Under the pieces are notes generated by a model. It was not told the origin of the DNA and ran no database searches. It worked only from the letters and a program-made list of their open reading frames with translations. DNA of 64,000 bases from assembly GCF_009914755.1 (NCBI RefSeq), contig NC_060926.1; one strand, given 5' to 3'. Numbering within the stretch: position 1 is the stretch's first letter; each line of letters opens with the position of its first letter. The stretch is from the human T2T-CHM13v2.0 reference genome, Homo sapiens. This document shows, piece after piece, positions 26,093 through 39,659 of the stretch. A program made the translations under genes and the position numbers.

Positions 26093-27356
26093 CTAGGACT
26101 TTCATAGCTAGAGAGCAGAAGTCAATGTCTGGCTTCAAAGTTTCAAAATAACAGACTGACTCTCTTGTTAGGAGTTAATGCAGCTGGTGATGTTAAGTTG
26201 AAGCCAATGCTTATTTATCATTCTGAAAATCAGAGGGCCCTTAAGAATTATGCTAAATCTACTCTGCCTGTGCTCTATCAATGCAACAATAAAGCCTGGG
26301 TGAGAGCACATCTGTTTACAGAACGGTTTACTGAATATTTTAAGCCCACTGTTGAGACCTACTTCTCAGAAAAAAAGATTCCTTTCAAAATATTACTGCT
26401 CATTGACAAGGCACCTAAGAGCTCTGGTGGAGATGTATATAAGGAGGTTAAGGTTTATGTGCTTGCTAACACAACATTCATTTTTCAGCCCATGGACCAA
26501 TAAGTAATTTCAACTTTTGTCTTATTAAGAAATACATTTCATAAGGCTATAGCTGCCATAAATAGTGATTCCTGTGATGGATCTGGGCAAAGTAAATCGA
26601 AAACTGTCTGGAAAGAATTTACCATTTTAAATGCCAATAGGAACATTCATTATTCATGGTAGGAATTCAAAATGTCAACATTAACAGGTGTTTGGAAGAA
26701 GTTGTTTTCAACCCCCATAGATAACTTTGAGAGGTTCAAGACTTCAGTGGGGGAAGTAACTGCAGATGTGGTGGAATTAGCAAGAGAGCTAGAATTAGAA
26801 GTGGAGTCTGAAGATGTGACTGAATTGTTGCAATCTCATGATAAAACTGTAAGAGATGAGGAGTTGCTTCTTATGAATGAGCAAAGAAAGTGGTTTAATA
26901 AGATGAAATCTACTCTTGGTGAAGATACTGTGAATGTTATTGAAATATTACATCCACTTCATTGATAAGACAGCAGTAGACCTTGAGAGGACTGACTCCA
27001 GATTTGGAAGAAGTTCTATTTACTGTAGGTAAAATGCTATCAAACAGCACTGCATGCCATGGAGAAATCTTTCATGAAAGGAAGGGTCAATTAATGCAGC
27101 AAACCTCATTGTCTTATTTTCAGAAATTGCCACAGCCACCCCAGCCTTCAGCAATCACCGCCCTGATCAGTCAGCAGTCATCAACATCGAGGCAAGGCTC
27201 TCCACCAGCAAAAAGATTATCACTTGCTGAAGCCTCAGATGATTGTTAGCATTTTTTAGCAATAAAGTATTTGAAAATTAGGGTATATACATTTTTTTTT
27301 AGACATAGTGCTATTGCACACTTACTAGACTACATTATAGTGTAAACATAACTTTT

Positions 27357-27768
27357 TTTTATTATTATACTTTAAGTTCTAGGGTACATGTGCACAACGT
27401 GTAGGTTTGTTACATATGTATACATGTGCCATGTTGGTGTGCTGCACCCATTAACTCATCATTTACATTAGGTATATCTCCTAATGCTATCCCTCCCCCC
27501 TTCTCCCACCCCATGACAGGCCCCAGTGTGTGGTGTTCCCCACCCTGTGTCCAAGTGTTCTCATTGTTCAATTCCCACCTATGAGTGAGAACATGCGGTG
27601 TTTGGTTTTCTGTCCTTGCGATAATTTGCTCAGAATGATGGTTTCCAGCTTCATCCATGTCCCTACAAAGGACATGAACTCATCCTTTTTTATGGCTGCA
27701 TAGTATTCCATGGTGTATATGCGCCACATTTTCTTAATCCAGTCTATCATTGATGGACATTTGGGTTG
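27357..27768 (-). mobile_element. L1PA 3' end (5'-truncated) inserted in Tigger1
   Basis: TSD AGTGTAAACATAACTTTT at 27339-27356 and 27769-27786; ORF2 C-terminus WIKKMWRIYTMEYYAAIKKDEFMSF. Confidence 0.95.
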
Positions 27769-28097
27769 AGTGTAAACATAACTTTTACATGGACTGAGAA
27801 ACTAAAATTCATGTGACTTGCTTTCTTGTGATATTCACTTTATTGTGCTGGTATGGAACCAAACCTGCACTATCTCTGAGGTATGCCTGTATAAAGCAGG
27901 GAGCTGAGGTCCATTCTAAGCATCAGGAGACATTTTCCAGAAGAGTCATTCAAACTGAGATCTGGCTGAGCAGAAGTGAAATGTGCGAAGAGGGTAGCAA
28001 TGTCCCCAGATAACAAAGGTTGTGCATTCTTTAACGAGTAGAAGGGGTGCAAGAGAGCTGGAGCACAGAGGATTGATGTGGGAGGGACAAGGGATAG

Positions 28098-28508
28098 TGA
28101 TATAGTTTGGATGTTTGTCCCATCCAAATCTCATGGTGAAATGTGATTCTGAATGTTGAAGGTGGGGCCTGGTGGGAGGTAATTGGGTCCTGGGGCAGAT
28201 CCCATGATTTGGCACCATCCTTTTGGTGGTAAGTGAGCTCTCACTCAGTTAGTTCATGTGAGATCTGGTTGTTTTAAAGTCTAGGACCTCCCCCCACACC
28301 TTGCTTCCACTCTCGCCATGTGACATGCCTTCTCCCCCTTTGCCTTCCACCATGACTGTAAGCATCCTGAGGCCCTCACCAGAAGAGGACACTGGTACCA
28401 CACTTCCTGTACAGCCTGCAGAACTGTGAGCCAAAATGAAACTATTTTCTTTATAAATTACCCAGCCTCAGGTATTTCTTCATGGCAATGTAAGAATGTG
28501 CTAACACA
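28098..28508 (+). mobile_element. MSTA/MSTB (MaLR) solo LTR
   Basis: TGATATAGTTTGGATG...CTAACACA; near-TSD GATAG/GATGG. Confidence 0.88.
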
Positions 28509-28625
28509 GATGGGCTGCTGTAGGGCTTGTGCATTAAGACCAAGATTTTGGTTTTTATCTATCTTAAGAGTGATGAGAAATCAGTGGGGAGTTTGATTTA
28601 ATATGGGATAATCACCATCACAACA

Positions 28626-28983
28626 TGATATGATGGTGGTGATGATAATGGTGAAGAGGAGGATGATGATGGTGATGATGGTAGTGATGATGGTGCTGAT
28701 GATAGTGATGTAATGATGGTGATGATGGTGCTGACAGTGATGATGGAGTTGATGATAGTGATGGTGATGATGATAATGATGGTGGTGATGGTGCTGATGA
28801 TAGTGATGATGGTGTTGATGATAATGATGGTAATGAAGTGCTAATGATAGTGATGATGATGATGATGTTGACAGTGATGATGGTGCTGATGATAGTGATG
28901 ATGATAATAGTGATGGATGGTGCTGATGAAGATAGTGATGATAATGATGGTGGTAATAACAAAAGTGGTGGTGATGATATGGC
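28626..28983 (+). repeat. Degenerate (GAT/GGT)n low-complexity trinucleotide tract, continuing at ~29388-29530
   Basis: Long tgatgatggtgatg run. Confidence 0.95.
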
Positions 28984-29387
28984 TGCTACGGTTTGGACGT
29001 GTTTCTTAAAGTTCATGTATTGGAAACTTAATCCCTAATGCAACAGTGTTGAGAGGTGAGACCTCTAAGTGGTGATTAGGTAATGGGGGCTCTTTCTTCA
29101 TGAATGAATTAATGGTGTTATAATGGAAGTGAAAGTGGGTTAGTTATCTTGGGAGTGGGTTCTTGATAAAAGGATGAGTTTGGCCTCCTTCCCTTCTCTT
29201 TCTCACATGTGCTGTCTTGCCCTTCCACCTTCCATCATGGCATGACGAGCAAGAAGACCCTCACAAGACACTGGCACCTTGAACTTGAACTTCACAGCCT
29301 CAAAAACTGTAAGAAATAAATCTCTGTTTTTTATAAATTACCCAGTCTCAGGTATTCTGTTATAGTAGCATTAAACAGATCATGACA
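28984..29387 (+). mobile_element. MST-family (MSTB/C/D) solo LTR inserted in the GAT tract
   Basis: TGCTACGGTTTGGA...CATGACA; near-TSD ATGGC/ATGGT. Confidence 0.85.
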
Positions 29388-30115
29388 ATGGTGATGGTGA
29401 TGGTGGTAATGTGATGATGGTGATGGTGATGATGATGAGATAAGGGTGAGGGTGATGGTAATAGTGATGAAGACATGAAGATAATAAAGATATGTTGACT
29501 GATATTGATGGAGACTATGATAATGATGAAGAGTCCAGTACCAATGCCAGCCAGGAAGGTAGAGGTAGAAAGATCATCCAGGGAACAGATGGAGCGAGGA
29601 TGGAAATAACACAGGATTTGGAGTGAGACATGCCTATTCTCTGCCACTTATTTGCTAGGTGGCCTTGGGAAAATTAATTGGCCTCATATGCATGTCAATT
29701 TCCTGATCCTCATCAGGGTTCTGGAGGATGAAAGGAAATGTAAAATGGTACCCAGAATTTGCCACGTCAGTTCTTTGTGTATTACCTCTGCCACACATGC
29801 ATGTACCCAGGTGCAATGATGAGGGCCCGGGGGCGGGGGGGCTGGAGATTTTCTCTGCTCCTGCAGCTAGGTCAGGTGACATGGCCAGTTGCTGAGGGAC
29901 ATTGCATTGCTGCCAGGAAACCAAGAACCCCTGTTTAGATAATCCTTTTCAACCTGGCTGCCAGCTGCCTTTGGGAGCTGCTGTGTGATGGGAGGCCCAG
30001 CTGGGAGTCTCAGTCACCTCTGCCAGTGCCCACTGCCCACCCTCTGACTCCCCGAGCCTTGACCTGACACCACGGTGAGTAACTCCTGTCCTGCTGCCAC
30101 CATTGGGGGCCATAG

Positions 30116-30460
<345 letters not shown>

Positions 30461-30983
30461 AAAAGATGGCTTCTTACTAACACTGAACTCTCTCAAAAGG
30501 TGACCTTAGGCAGGGCACTTAACCTCCCTGGGCTTCAGTTTCCCACAGAGCAGCATGTCATTTCTGTGAGTGTGCTCAGTGCCTGCACAGAAGGTGCTCC
30601 ACGATGAGGCTGTGGGTGGTCACTGTTACCTCATCTCAGCCGGAGGACCCAGGAGCATGTCCATTCTGTGGTTTAAACATGTTTGCATTAGGCACGCCTA
30701 CAGCCTCAGTTTACCTCCACCTTCCTAGAGGGCAGGGACACTCCAGCATCCCCAGGCTCTTGAAGGGCCACGGATGGCTGAGATTCAACTTCCAAAGTTA
30801 TGTTCAGATTCACTAGCCTGTGCTGCACACCCACCCCGCGTCTGCACCCAAGGCCAGCAGGCCCGTCCTGACCCATAATGATTACAGGAACGGGGCAAAG
30901 GAGTTAAAGGCTGCAGGGTCCTAACCAGGGAGGCCAGCTCTGTGACCCCAGAGCTGGCACTGGGTGACCCCACATCTGGGGTT

Positions 30984-31736
30984 GATTACAGTGTAGAAAC
31001 TAAGGGTGGTTCTGAGAAAGCCCATCTTCCCTTTCGGAGAAACCGCGATGCCATAGGGCGGACCCCGCCTCCCTGTCCCCGCGCCCTGGGCTGCACTCCC
31101 TAGGGCCCCGGACTGCATTTTCCCAGGAGGGCAGCCTGGATAGGGAACCTCGGCAAGTGAGACCAAACTGATGTTCCCTTAGGGGCAGCACCCGCTCGGT
31201 GCTCTGAGATTGTTGTATGGGCTATTTAATTCCTAAGATGATTCTCAGCAGGAGGCAGGCTCTGTATCATCCCAGCGGCTTTTTCACCTTGGGAGTTTCG
31301 CGCTTTCCGATTCCATGAAGTTGCTGCTTGTCACCCCGTCACCGGCTATAAGGATTTAGCCCACAACCACATTTTTACTGAGGGATTGTCATTTAACGAG
31401 TTTCCCTCTCCCAGGGAATCTGCATTCTAAGACCCCAAAGGCCGGCGAGGGTCGTTGTGCTGGGCTGGACAGCAGAGAGAGGCTCGGCCTTGGCCCTCAG
31501 CCCTGCAGCACACAGGGCACCCGCGCAGAGAGCGTGGCCTGCGAATGGCTCTGCTGCCTCTCCCGGCCTGGGGCCGATTAGACCGGTCAGAGCATCTGTA
31601 AAGTACAAGGGGCCCCTAGGGAGTGCAGGCCAGGGCAGCTGGGGCAGGGAGGCGGGGTCCGCCCCATGGCATCGCGGTTTCTCTGGAAGGGGTGATGGGC
31701 TTTCTCAGAACCACCTTTAGTTTCTGTACCGTAATC
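30984..31736. repeat. Inverted repeat, arms 30984-31109 and 31609-31736, ~500-bp spacer
   Basis: Arms align by eye as highly similar reverse complements; each contains GGGCGGACCCCGCCTCC. Confidence 0.93.
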
Positions 31737-31794
31737 GGCCAAAAAGGCGCAGGCGCTGCTGCTCCTGGCAGCTGCGTAACAGGCTCTCAGAGGA

Positions 31795-32074
31795 GGACGC
31801 GGTTCCGGGCTGCGGCGGGCGTGGTCCGGGGCTGTTCTGGGCGTGGTCTTTGGCTGTGATGGGCGTGGCCTTGGGCTATGGAGGGCGTGGTCCCAGGGCT
31901 GCGATGATGGTGGTCCGGGGCTGTGGTGGGCGTGGCCCCGGGCTGCGGCGGGCGTGGTCCCCGGGCTGCGGCGGACGTGGTCAGGGGCGGTTCTGGGCGT
32001 GGTCCCTGGGCTGCGGTGGACGTGGTCTCGGGCTGTGACGAGCATGGTCCCTGGGCAGCAGTGGACGTGGTCTC
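31795..32074 (+). repeat. GC-rich VNTR, ~12.5 x 22-23 bp (GGGCGTGGTCC(C)CGGGCTGCGGC)
   Basis: Units can be delimited directly in the sequence. Confidence 0.95.
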
Positions 32075-33304
32075 ACACCCAGAGTCTGAAATTTCTGCCT
32101 CTTCCTGGCCCTAAAAATATCCTGCCTGTTCCCACGCGGCTCCTGCCTTCTGGAGCAGTCTGCCAGGCCGGCGGTGGGTGTTGGGCAGGGGTCTCAGGCT
32201 GCCAGCAGCCAAGTGCAGCCCGTTCTGCAGTGATGACAGGGATCTGTGGGCAGAGGGGACCGAGCCTCGGAGGATGCTGTAGGTGGGAGAGCTAACATTG
32301 ACTCAGCATTTACTTCAGGCTATGCACTGTGCTGAGTCCCTTACCTCTGGGCTTCCGCAACGTTTCCCTGAGGTCAGTGTGGTTGGCATTCGTGTTTCAC
32401 AGATAAGGAAACTGGAACAAAGCTTTTCAAGGCCACGCAGCCAACACCTCGAGAGAGCGGGAGAGCTTGTTCACTTGAACTGGATCCCCAAACACCAACA
32501 GCCACCCTGGCCACTGGCTCTGACTGAGCTCACCCCACCCCCGACAAGCCAGGTGCCTGGGGAACCTGCCTTCCATTCCTCCCCACTAGCTCCTATGAGG
32601 TCTCTGCCTGCCAGGCCTCCTCCTCCCCAGAGGAAGGGACGTTTCTACCACACAGCGACCCCACAAGTCAGCTGAGATTTTGGGGGCACCGAATACTCAC
32701 ATGGAGCCCTGAGTGGAAGGGGTGTAGGAGTCACACTCACACGCATGCACAGGGTCACCCTGAGCTGGAGACCATACCCAAGGCTCTGTGAGGAAATGTG
32801 AGTGCGCCCAGGCCCCTCCAGCCTGGTCCAATTTGCTGAGCCTCTAGCTCGACAGAGGTCAGACCAGGTCTACAGCCCAGCGATCCTAGTTCCAGACAGC
32901 TGCTCCTTCCTTTCTAGGAGGGCAGCCCGGAATATAATCCAGTGTGGTGAGAATCCATTGCACACTCCCTGTGAGCCAAGCAGACAGGTTTGGGGGCCAC
33001 TGAGATAGGGGACACTTCTGGAGGGGTCAGTGACTGCAAAATGGTGGCAGTGGGATGATCTGTTATGTCTACCCACGCACATGCAGCTGCACAGTTGCAG
33101 AGATGTGAATGCAGGAAGCCAGGTGTGAGTCTGAATTCACATTGGTTTTTTTATCTTTATTAAGCAGTCATTCCTAAGGCCTGCCCGAGCCTGGCATCTC
33201 TACAGAGGAGTGGTGCCATCAGGACCCCTGTGGGGCAGATCAACACTCAAGGCAGGTGCAGAATCAACAACCTGTGACAAAGCCAGCCATCCCTGCCAGG
33301 AAGC

Positions 33305-34348
33305 ATGGGGGATGAGCTGGCACCTTGCCCTGTGGGCACTACAGCTTGGCCGGCCCTGATCCAGCTCATCAGCAAGACACCCTGCATGCCCCAAGCAGCC
33401 AGCAACACTTCCTTGGGCCTGGGGGACCTCAGGGTGCCCAGCTCCATGCTGTACTGGCTTTTCCTTCCCTCAAGCCTGCTGGCTGCAGCCACACTGGCTG
33501 TCAGCCCCCTGCTGCTGGTGACCATCCTGCGGAACCAACGGCTGCGACAGGAGCCCCACTACCTGCTCCCGGCTAACATCCTGCTCTCAGACCTGGCCTA
33601 CATTCTCCTCCACATGCTCATCTCCTCCAGCAGCCTGGGTGGCTGGGAGCTGGGCCGCATGGCCTGTGGCATTCTCACTGATGCTGTCTTCGCCGCCTGC
33701 ACCAGCACCATCCTGTCCTTCACCGCCATTGTGCTGCACACCTACCTGGCAGTCATCCATCCACTGCGCTACCTCTCCTTCATGTCCCATGGGGCTGCCT
33801 GGAAGGCAGTGGCCCTCATCTGGCTGGTGGCCTGCTGCTTCCCCACATTCCTTATTTGGCTCAGCAAGTGGCAGGATGCCCAGCTGGAGGAGCAAGGAGC
33901 TTCATACATCCTACCACCAAGCATGGGCACCCAGCCGGGATGTGGCCTCCTGGTCATTGTTACCTACACCTCCATTCTGTGCGTTCTGTTCCTCTGCACA
34001 GCTCTCATTGCCAACTGTTTCTGGAGGATCTATGCAGAGGCCAAGACTTCAGGCATCTGGGGGCAGGGCTATTCCCGGGCCAGGGGCACCCTGCTGATCC
34101 ACTCAGTGCTGATCACATTGTACGTGAGCACAGGGGTGGTGTTCTCCCTGGACATGGTGCTGACCAGGTACCACCACATTGACTCTGGGACTCACACATG
34201 GCTCCTGGCAGCTAACAGTGAGGTACTCATGATGCTTCCCCGTGCCATGCTCCCATACCTGTACCTGCTCCGCTACCGGCAGCTGTTGGGCATGGTCCGG
34301 GGCCACCTCCCATCCAGGAGGCACCAGGCCATCTTTACCATTTCCTAG
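33305..34348 (+). CDS. GPR148: Orphan class A G protein-coupled receptor 148, 347 aa, intronless ORF
   Basis: Seven hydrophobic segments; class A landmarks (NILLSDL in TM2, TM3 Cys, HTYLAVIHPLRY at DRY, TM4 W, LPYLY at NPxxY); Kozak aagcATGg; N-terminus MGDELAPCPVGTTAWPAL recognised. Confidence 0.97.
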   Translation: MGDELAPCPVGTTAWPALIQLISKTPCMPQAASNTSLGLGDLRVPSSMLYWLFLPSSLLAAATLAVSPLLLVTILRNQRLRQEPHYLLPANILLSDLAYILLHMLISSSSLGGWELGRMACGILTDAVFAACTSTILSFTAIVLHTYLAVIHPLRYLSFMSHGAAWKAVALIWLVACCFPTFLIWLSKWQDAQLEEQGASYILPPSMGTQPGCGLLVIVTYTSILCVLFLCTALIANCFWRIYAEAKTSGIWGQGYSRARGTLLIHSVLITLYVSTGVVFSLDMVLTRYHHIDSGTHTWLLAANSEVLMMLPRAMLPYLYLLRYRQLLGMVRGHLPSRRHQAIFTIS

Positions 34349-35845
34349 AGTTCTTGAGTCCACAGTCTGGCAAGCTGAGGTTAAAAATCATATGTTGAAT
34401 GCAGCAGTGTCCACTTATGACTAACTTCTTAGAACAGCACAATATAATAGTGGAATTGGGCCTTTCAGAAGACCTCAACTGATGATTTTCACCATTTTGA
34501 CAGTTTTTAAGTAGAGAAAGCTCTCTTATGACACTGAAATCCTACTTGGAAACGGAAGCAAGTAAAGGCAATCAAGCAGGGCTCTGGTCTAAGTCAAGCC
34601 TTGATCTGCGTCCCTCCAATGGCTTGCTGCACACCCTCCCTGGCCACTGTGGATGCATCCTTGCTGACCAACACACAGAAGCCAAAATGTTGCTGACAGT
34701 GAGAACCACAGAGGTAAGCAAGCAGAGCTGCTGAGTCCTGGGACCATGAGCTCTATCTGAGCAGCCGCTCAGGATGTGGGAGGGAGGAAAGGAAGCCAAC
34801 GATCCACAGCAGTGGAGAGTGTCATGGAGATACCACTATAAAGCTGGAGTGTGCAAGGGTTACACTCTCACAATAAAGGTAAATGATAACCTAACCTTAC
34901 AGAAGGGGTCAGCAAGGGAGTTTGCCTGCCTTGACTTTCGTGCTGTGTAGAAGAAGAAAATTCCTCGAGAATTCTTAAGTAGAAGCCACTCTTCAGACAG
35001 TTTTAGAGCTAGGCTTCAAATTATGTTAGTGGTAAAAAGACCTCAGTCTGTGGTTGGTGTGGTTCTCCTGGACGATCTGAGCTTCACCTTAGGCTGCAGA
35101 GAATTTCCAGAGTCAAAGAACCTCAAATAATGGAGTTGCACATGGTCAAATCTCACAAAACCACATAGGGAGATAAGGCACCATGAATGAGAGCAAGAAG
35201 AAACAAGAAGACAGCAGCGTCATACCACAGCTCCTTGAATTATCAACACTGGGTTAATATAAAAATGTTCAAGATGTTTTAAGACATTAATAATGACATG
35301 AAAATATGAGCAGGGATAATACTTTTTTTTAAATAACCAAGAAAATTTGGAAAATATTTAAATAGAACTTCTTGAAACAAAAATATTAGAATTATGAGTT
35401 GAATTTAATATGGATTAAAGAGCATGTTAGACACAACTGGAAACAGACTCTGCAAATTGTGAGAGAGGTCCAGATAAATTACCTAAAATGCAGCCCAGAG
35501 GGACAAAGAGACAACCATATAAAAGAGAGATTAAGAGACATTGAGGTTGGGATGGAAAAGACTAACATACATTTAATTTGGGAACACAATACAGAAAATG
35601 TAGGAGGGGAAATATTTGAAGCGATAACAGCTGAGGATTTTTTCAGATTTGTTTAAAGATATCAAACTTCAGATCCGAGAAATCTAACCAATCATAAATA
35701 AGATAAATGACCAATAACCCACGTTGAAGCACATGATGCGAAACTGCAAACAGCTAAATACAAAGACAAGATATTTAAAGCAGGCAGAGATAAAAGACAA
35801 AAGAACATCAATTAAACTCACCTTGACTTCTCAAACAATGGAAGA

Positions 35846-36305
<460 letters not shown>

Positions 36306-36541
36306 TTATATACAGAAAAACCTTTCCAGACCTTGATAGAACACAAAAGCTGAAAGACAGTATTCCTAGCAATACACATTAAGAAAACTTCAAGGGATGT
36401 ATTTGTTGCAGAAGAAAAATTATTCCAGGTGGAAGGTTTGAGATGTATGAAGAAATAGAAAAGTCACTGGAGACTATGCACATAAATAGGAATAGTTATT
36501 GTCTAGTTGCCTACATAAAAGCAATAAAAATGTCTAATTTC

Positions 36542-36852
<311 letters not shown>

Positions 36853-37381
36853 TTAGAAAAAATGGAAAAAAAGAATTACATAACAGTGGTATATGTGTCA
36901 GAAAGGTGTAATTGTACTTAAAGCATTCTAAAGTCTAGCAGTCTTCAGGAGGAAGGTAGAGATATTAATCTAAGACTTTGTTAGGCATGCAAGTTGAAAT
37001 GAGGTAACCACTAACAGACTAGACAAAACGAGGATCACTCTCTAAATAATCTAAGGAACAAATGAAATGAGTAAGAGAAAAGATCACTCAGCCAAAAGAA
37101 GGCAAGAAAAAATATATAGAAAAGTCAGGACAAATAGAAAGCATAAAGTAATATGATAGAATCCAAACAACTAATTCAAATCTACTAAAACAATAAATTT
37201 AAATGACTAAAATTTGATGGTGGGGAAACAATATTGTCCATTTACTTTTAAATTGGATATATGTTATTTATAAGAGATTATGCTAAACAAACAACAGAGA
37301 ATGGGTGGAAGTAAAGCAATAGTTGGGAGTATAGAAAAAGACAGAAAGCCTTTCCTGGATCCTCCAATCAAAACTTAACTC

Positions 37382-37670
<289 letters not shown>

Positions 37671-38054
37671 GATAGAAACTCGCTAAATGAAAGCCAATAG
37701 AAGAGACAAAGCTGAATTTAAAGCAAAACAGCCTTACTAAAGAGGGTGACTACATGATAAGTTCCAATTTATCAAAGGAGATAAAATTAACATAATAAGA
37801 TAATGAAAATTTATAAAGCAAACATTGACAAAATTTTGAGGGGAAATTAACAAACCAACTTTCATAGAGAAGTTTAAGAGTGCTCTCTCCCTAACTGGTA
37901 GAGCAAACAGACAAAATAAATAAGGATATTGAATATTGAACAACACAATTGACAAGTTTGACTTAGTGAATAAATTTAAAATATGGCACTTGACTATTGG
38001 AAAATACATAATATATATAAGTATGCCTGGAATTATTAAGAAAATTGACCACAT

Positions 38055-38221
38055 GCGGAAGGCCGCAGGGTCCTCTGCCTAGGAAAACCAGAGACCTTTG
38101 TTCACTTGTTTGTCTGCTGACCTTCCCTCCACTATTGTCCTATGACCCTGCCAAATCCCCCTCTGCGAGAAACACCCAAGAATGATCAATTAAAAAAAAA
38201 AAGAAAACAAAAAAAAAAAAA
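38055..38221 (+). mobile_element. SVA 3' end (SINE-R part), heavily 5'-truncated
   Basis: gcggaaggccgcagggtcctctgcctaggaaaaccagagacc...cacccaagaatgatcaat plus poly(A); duplicated flank AAGAAAATTGACCACATGC at 38038-38056 and 38222-38240. Confidence 0.93.
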
Positions 38222-38604
38222 AAGAAAATTGACCACATGCTACCCCCATAAAGCAAATCTAAGTAAGATTTCAAAGACCTGATTCCAATGCAGACTATAT
38301 CATCTGGGTCCAGTGTAATTAAGTTAGAAATAAGTAACAAAAAGATAATTGAATAAAATATGCTTGGAAATGTAAAAGTCACATTCTAAGCAATTCATAG
38401 ATCAAAGACTAATTAATTAAAAGCAGAAATCAGAAAATTGTTTAGAACTGGGTGATAATAAAACTAGTACACATGGAAATGCATGAGATGCAGCCAGCAA
38501 CATTTAGAGGCAAATGTACACTCACGTGTGTTCTACCCAAAATGAAAAAGGCTCAAAATTAATGAGCTAGGATCCAAATTAAGAAACTGGAAGAACAGCA
38601 GATA

Positions 38605-39056
38605 TGTGTTAGTTAGCTCTGACTGTGCCCCACAGGGGCTTTACAGATATGACTGAGTGAAGGATCCTGAAAGGAGGGTTATCCTGGACTATCAGGTGAA
38701 ATGATGCAACCCCAAGGGCCCTTGCAAGGGAAAGAAGGAGGCAGGAGGGTGGGAGAGATATGTGATAATGATGGCAGCCAGGTCAGAGACCAGGAGAGAT
38801 GGGAAGATGCTGTGCCGCTGGCTTTGAAGATGGAGAAGGGGCCACCACCCTAAGAATGTGAGCAGCCTCTAGAAAAGGCAAGGAGGTGGATTCTCCCTTT
38901 GAGCCTCTGGAAGAACACAGTCCTGCCTGCACTGATTTTAACTCAGTAAGACCCATTTTTAACTTCTTATCTTTAGAACTGCAAGATAATACATTTGTAT
39001 TGTTTCAAACCACAGATTTTTGGTATTTTGTTACAGCAGCAACAAGAAACTCATCC
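38605..39056 (+). mobile_element. MLT1C/D LTR
   Basis: ttatcctggactatc...gctggctttgaagatggag...tttgttacagcagcaacaagaaact. Confidence 0.75.
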
Positions 39057-39659
39057 AGTGGCCTTGGCTTGGATGCTCTTCTCTGCTTCCCAATGTTGTC
39101 ACTGCCAGCAGGTTAACCCAGGCTCGTTCACAGGCTTCCAAGAGAGGTTCACTGGTTTCCAAGAGAGCAGACGTGCCAGAAGCTTAAAAGCAGCACGCCA
39201 TGACTTTGCTGCACTCTGCTCGACAAAGCACCACACAGCACAGCACAGCACCAGGCTCATGAAAGAAACAGTAGACACTATCTCCCATAAAGGGAGTTCC
39301 AAGGCCACTCAGCAAGGGATAAGGATACGGGGAAGGGGAATACTAAGGCTATTGTCGTAATCTTCAACCACAAATACAGCAAAGTTGAGGATGCCCTTAC
39401 TTTAGCAATTACGTTCCCACATATATTCCCTAGAGAAACACTTGTTCATTTACTCCATGTTCACAGAAGCACTATTAGCTAAAAATGAGAAACAACCCAA
39501 ACAACCATCAATTAAAGAATGGGTCAATGCATATGGAAGAGTCATGCGATGGAATACTATACAGCATTGAAAAATAAACAGTTGTACACATCAGTATGGA
39601 TGAATCTCATAAGTATATGGTTTTTGGAAAAAGGCAAGTCCCAGAAGAATACATACTAA

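Noticed and set aside
26165-27249. Possible domesticated TIGD1-like transposase
   Set aside because: Broken by stops and frameshifts, N-terminal part deleted, Alu inserted.
28618-29647. His/Ser-rich and Met/Asp-rich ORFs
   Set aside because: Translations of the (GAT/GGT)n tract.
31110-31608. Small RNA gene in the inverted-repeat spacer
   Set aside because: No recognisable tRNA, snRNA or A/B-box structure by eye; an Infernal/Rfam scan would be needed to exclude it fully.
31795-32074. CRISPR-like array or repeat-protein ORFs
   Set aside because: Head-to-tail degenerate units with no unique spacers, no cas genes, human context: a VNTR.
33325-34363. Alternative-frame and antisense ORFs over GPR148
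   Set aside because: Shadow ORFs of a GC-rich CDS.
39126-39167. Two-copy 21-bp tandem duplication (gttcac.gg.ttccaagagag)
   Set aside because: Ordinary slippage duplication with no further structure.
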